From NCBI RefSeq assembly GCF_009914755.1, contig NC_060931.1: a DNA stretch of 64,000 nucleotides; one strand, written 5' to 3'. The notes beneath the pieces are model-generated. The model searched no databases. It was not told the DNA's origin and saw only the letters and a program-made list of their open reading frames with translations. The translations under genes were made by a program, and so were the position numbers. Positions 15,384 through 64,000 of the stretch are shown in pieces. Position 1 is the first letter of the stretch. Every line of letters begins with the position of its first letter. This DNA comes from the human T2T-CHM13v2.0 reference genome, Homo sapiens.

Positions 15384-16772
15384 AGGAAGGTGATCCCATG
15401 GCAGTGGTGGGACCACTAAATAATGACTAAGTGATCCTAAGGTCACTTAAAAACAGCAAGAAGTGGCTGAAAACAAAGTCTCCGCTCTGTTTTAGATGGA
15501 TACCAAATAAGGAAGAATGGTCAACAATGTCAGGTGCCACAAAATGGTCCAGGAAGATAAGGAATATAAAGTGTCCCTTGGATTTAACAAGTAGTCATAC
15601 CACACAGCCTTGGTGAAGAACAATGAAATGGCTGAAGAGAGAATGCTAATTGAGCCAGTGAAGGCAGAGAGTCAACACTGCTCTTTCTAGATGTTTGCCA
15701 GAGGAGGAAAGAGTTGATGAGGTAAACATGCAGGAACAGAGTCCATGGGTGTTTTTCATTAAAAAAAAATTTTTTTTGGAGGAAGGCAAACAGCAAGGTG
15801 ATAGGGAGAATTGGAAGACACAGAAAAAGAATGATTTGCATGGGGATAACTGATGGAGGAATCAACACCCTCAAGAAAGGAGGATAAGAAAAGATTCAGA
15901 GCAGAGGTAGAGAGATTGGCCTTAAACTTGAGAGAAGAAAAAGGAGGTTCACAAGCTATTTACAGTATTTAAGAAAGCCTTCTGGAAATTGCAATTAATA
16001 GAATGTCAAGTTTCTTTACTTTTTGCAGGCATTAACTCAACCCTTTGGGTTAACACTGGTTATTGCATGCTGATCAGAAATTCTAATTTGCTGGTAATGA
16101 CATCATAGAAATGTCTAGGATGTGATTGGCAGACCATATATTGTTGGCAGAGTTATCTGGTTTTTACAATACCCAATTCTTACAACATGTGATCAACCTC
16201 TGATCAGAATGACAGCCAAAATTAAAAGACTATTTGCAGGGAACAGTGCCTAAGTGTTTGTACACTTATTTAACTTTATTGCTTATTAGCATTACATCCA
16301 TGACAGTGATGTATGTGATTTCATTTAAGTGACAAAATCTTTCAAGATATAAAGTCCATGGATGAAAACATAATAAAGAGTCCTTGGATGAAGAGAATGG
16401 GAATGAGTAGACAAGATCTCTACAGTCCCTTCATATCTAATATTCTATAATTTTAAGAGGGGCCTATAAGCACAAGTTCAGGAATGGCTAAATGGGAAAG
16501 TTGTAAAGAATACTTGACAACACCCCAACTAAACAATGACTCACTCTAAACAAGGCAAGGCAAGTAGAATGGCAAGCAATGTAAATAACCATTCCCATCT
16601 GGAAGGCAACAAGAAAAACCATTTAAAAAAGGTGGGGTGGGAGCGAGAGGAGAGTAGGGATAACAATGCTTTATTAAGGAAATGGAGTGCTGGCTTTATT
16701 GAGAATCACAAAACATTAACCAACGTTAGTAGCGGGGATGATTGTCATAAGCACATTAAGAAAAATTTTTTT

Positions 16773-17085
<313 letters not shown>

Positions 17086-18043
17086 CTAGCCAAACTTGCG
17101 TAAATACAAGTGAGAGTCAGACTCTTTTCTCATCAACACCTACACTAAGTTAGGCTCCTTCTGTACCTTCCACTCGGAACTTTGGTGTACTTTCGCCCAC
17201 CAGAACTGGGCAAACTGAGGACATTAAAAAAACGGTTTAAGAGAAACTGGCCAGAGCGGTGAGTTAAGTGTTAAGACTGGTTTCACTCCTGGGTTGGATG
17301 CCAGCAATCCATCGGCCAGCACCATCAACTGGATCCATCAATCCAATCTGGCCAGCACCCAGGGGCAGCCAGACTGACCAGCCAGGCCACGGATAGCCAG
17401 ACAATAAACGACCTTAGGGTGTCCTTCGCATCCCGCTGGGCGGGTTCTGGCAGTAGAAGGCTGAGAAAGGGGAGTGTTGGGGAAGGAAGGAATGGGACGA
17501 TGTGTACTTTTCTCCCGGAACTGTAGTTCTATTGCCCCAACCTGGGCTCAGGTAGCGGCCAGTAAACTAGGAGACAGCCCTAAGGCTCGCGTCCGGGCCA
17601 GGCGGGTACCCCTAGTACTCTCTCCCCACACCCCCATGGCTCTGCCGCAGCCGCCGCCGCCCGCCGGGGCGCGTGACCCGGTGACCCCGGAGCACTGGGC
17701 ATCCGGACCCCCCTCGCAGGCGCAGCCGCTATTAAGGCAGGAGGCTAAAGAGGAGGAGGAAGGGGAGGAGACAGGCGTCCAGGGCGCCTGGGGAACCGGC
17801 ACGGCGGAGCAGCGGCGGCGGGGCTGGGGGGAGGCCGCCGAGTCGGCCGCGGCCGAGGAGGGGCAGGCGGAGGTCGGGGGCGCCGCGGCCGCGGGGTCAG
17901 GTTCCCCGGCGGGAGGCGCAGGTGGCGGCCTGGGGAGCTGGCGGCCGCTCCTCGCCTGGCTGCAGCGGCGGCAGCCCCAGTGCTGCCCCTGTGCGGCGCC
18001 CCTTTCCCGCTCCGCCGCGCACTGTTGTCATGGAGGAACCAAG

Positions 18044-63718
<45,675 letters not shown>

Positions 63719-64000
63719 GTTCCAAAAATTCTAAAAAACCTAAACTCTTCAGGCTACCTTTGTGTGTCTCTAGAAGAGAAAAGCATCTATCTGGAGATAT
63801 AAATGTGTATGTAAATATAAACGTTTGTGGCAAGAGGACAGTTCTGTGACATCTGTTGAACATATGTGGTTGTATATATTGGAAATGTACATATCCAATA
63901 TGAAATACTAAAACAAACAAACAAACAAAAAACCAGAATGCATTGTATAGGATTGCATGTGAAGTCTTTTCTACTGAATCTATATTTCCATTTGTAAGTG
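63719..64000 (+). other. CASD1: CASD1 proximal 3'UTR (continues beyond window)
   Basis: Follows the stop codon; no AATAAA before the window end. Confidence 0.85.

Larger units (their letters stand above)
13630..15950 (+). mobile_element. Degraded L2-like fragments (interrupted by Alu)
   Basis: Purine-rich decayed sequence with L2-like motifs; boundaries approximate. Confidence 0.4.

Overview
Primate, most likely human, genomic DNA. It holds the complete coding region of CASD1 (Golgi sialate O-acetyltransferase; in human this is 7q21.3, between COL1A2 and SGCE/PEG10) on the + strand. I reconstructed 18 GT-AG coding exons from 18044 to 63718. They total 2394 nt, giving a 797-aa frame-continuous protein with catalytic GDS (Ser94) and DxxH (Asp270/His273) motifs. 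The gene starts in a CpG island (~17.6-18.6 kb) and the 3'UTR runs off the window. The upstream ~17 kb and the introns are mostly interspersed repeats: about 20 Alus, L1 fragments, an ERV1 solo LTR, MaLR LTRs, hAT and Tigger MITEs, MIR/L2, and a U6 retropseudogene. Almost all ORF-track entries are repeat-derived or chance ORFs. I see no new multi-gene system. The best leads are regulatory: a strong-context out-of-frame uORF overlapping a CASD1 start codon that sits inside a YY1 motif, three Pumilio elements in 84 nt of the proximal 3'UTR, a possible catalytic-domain-only isoform from intron 8 read-through, an AP-1 cluster in intron 1, and inverted Alu pairs. Repeat subfamily names come from recall and need RepeatMasker confirmation.
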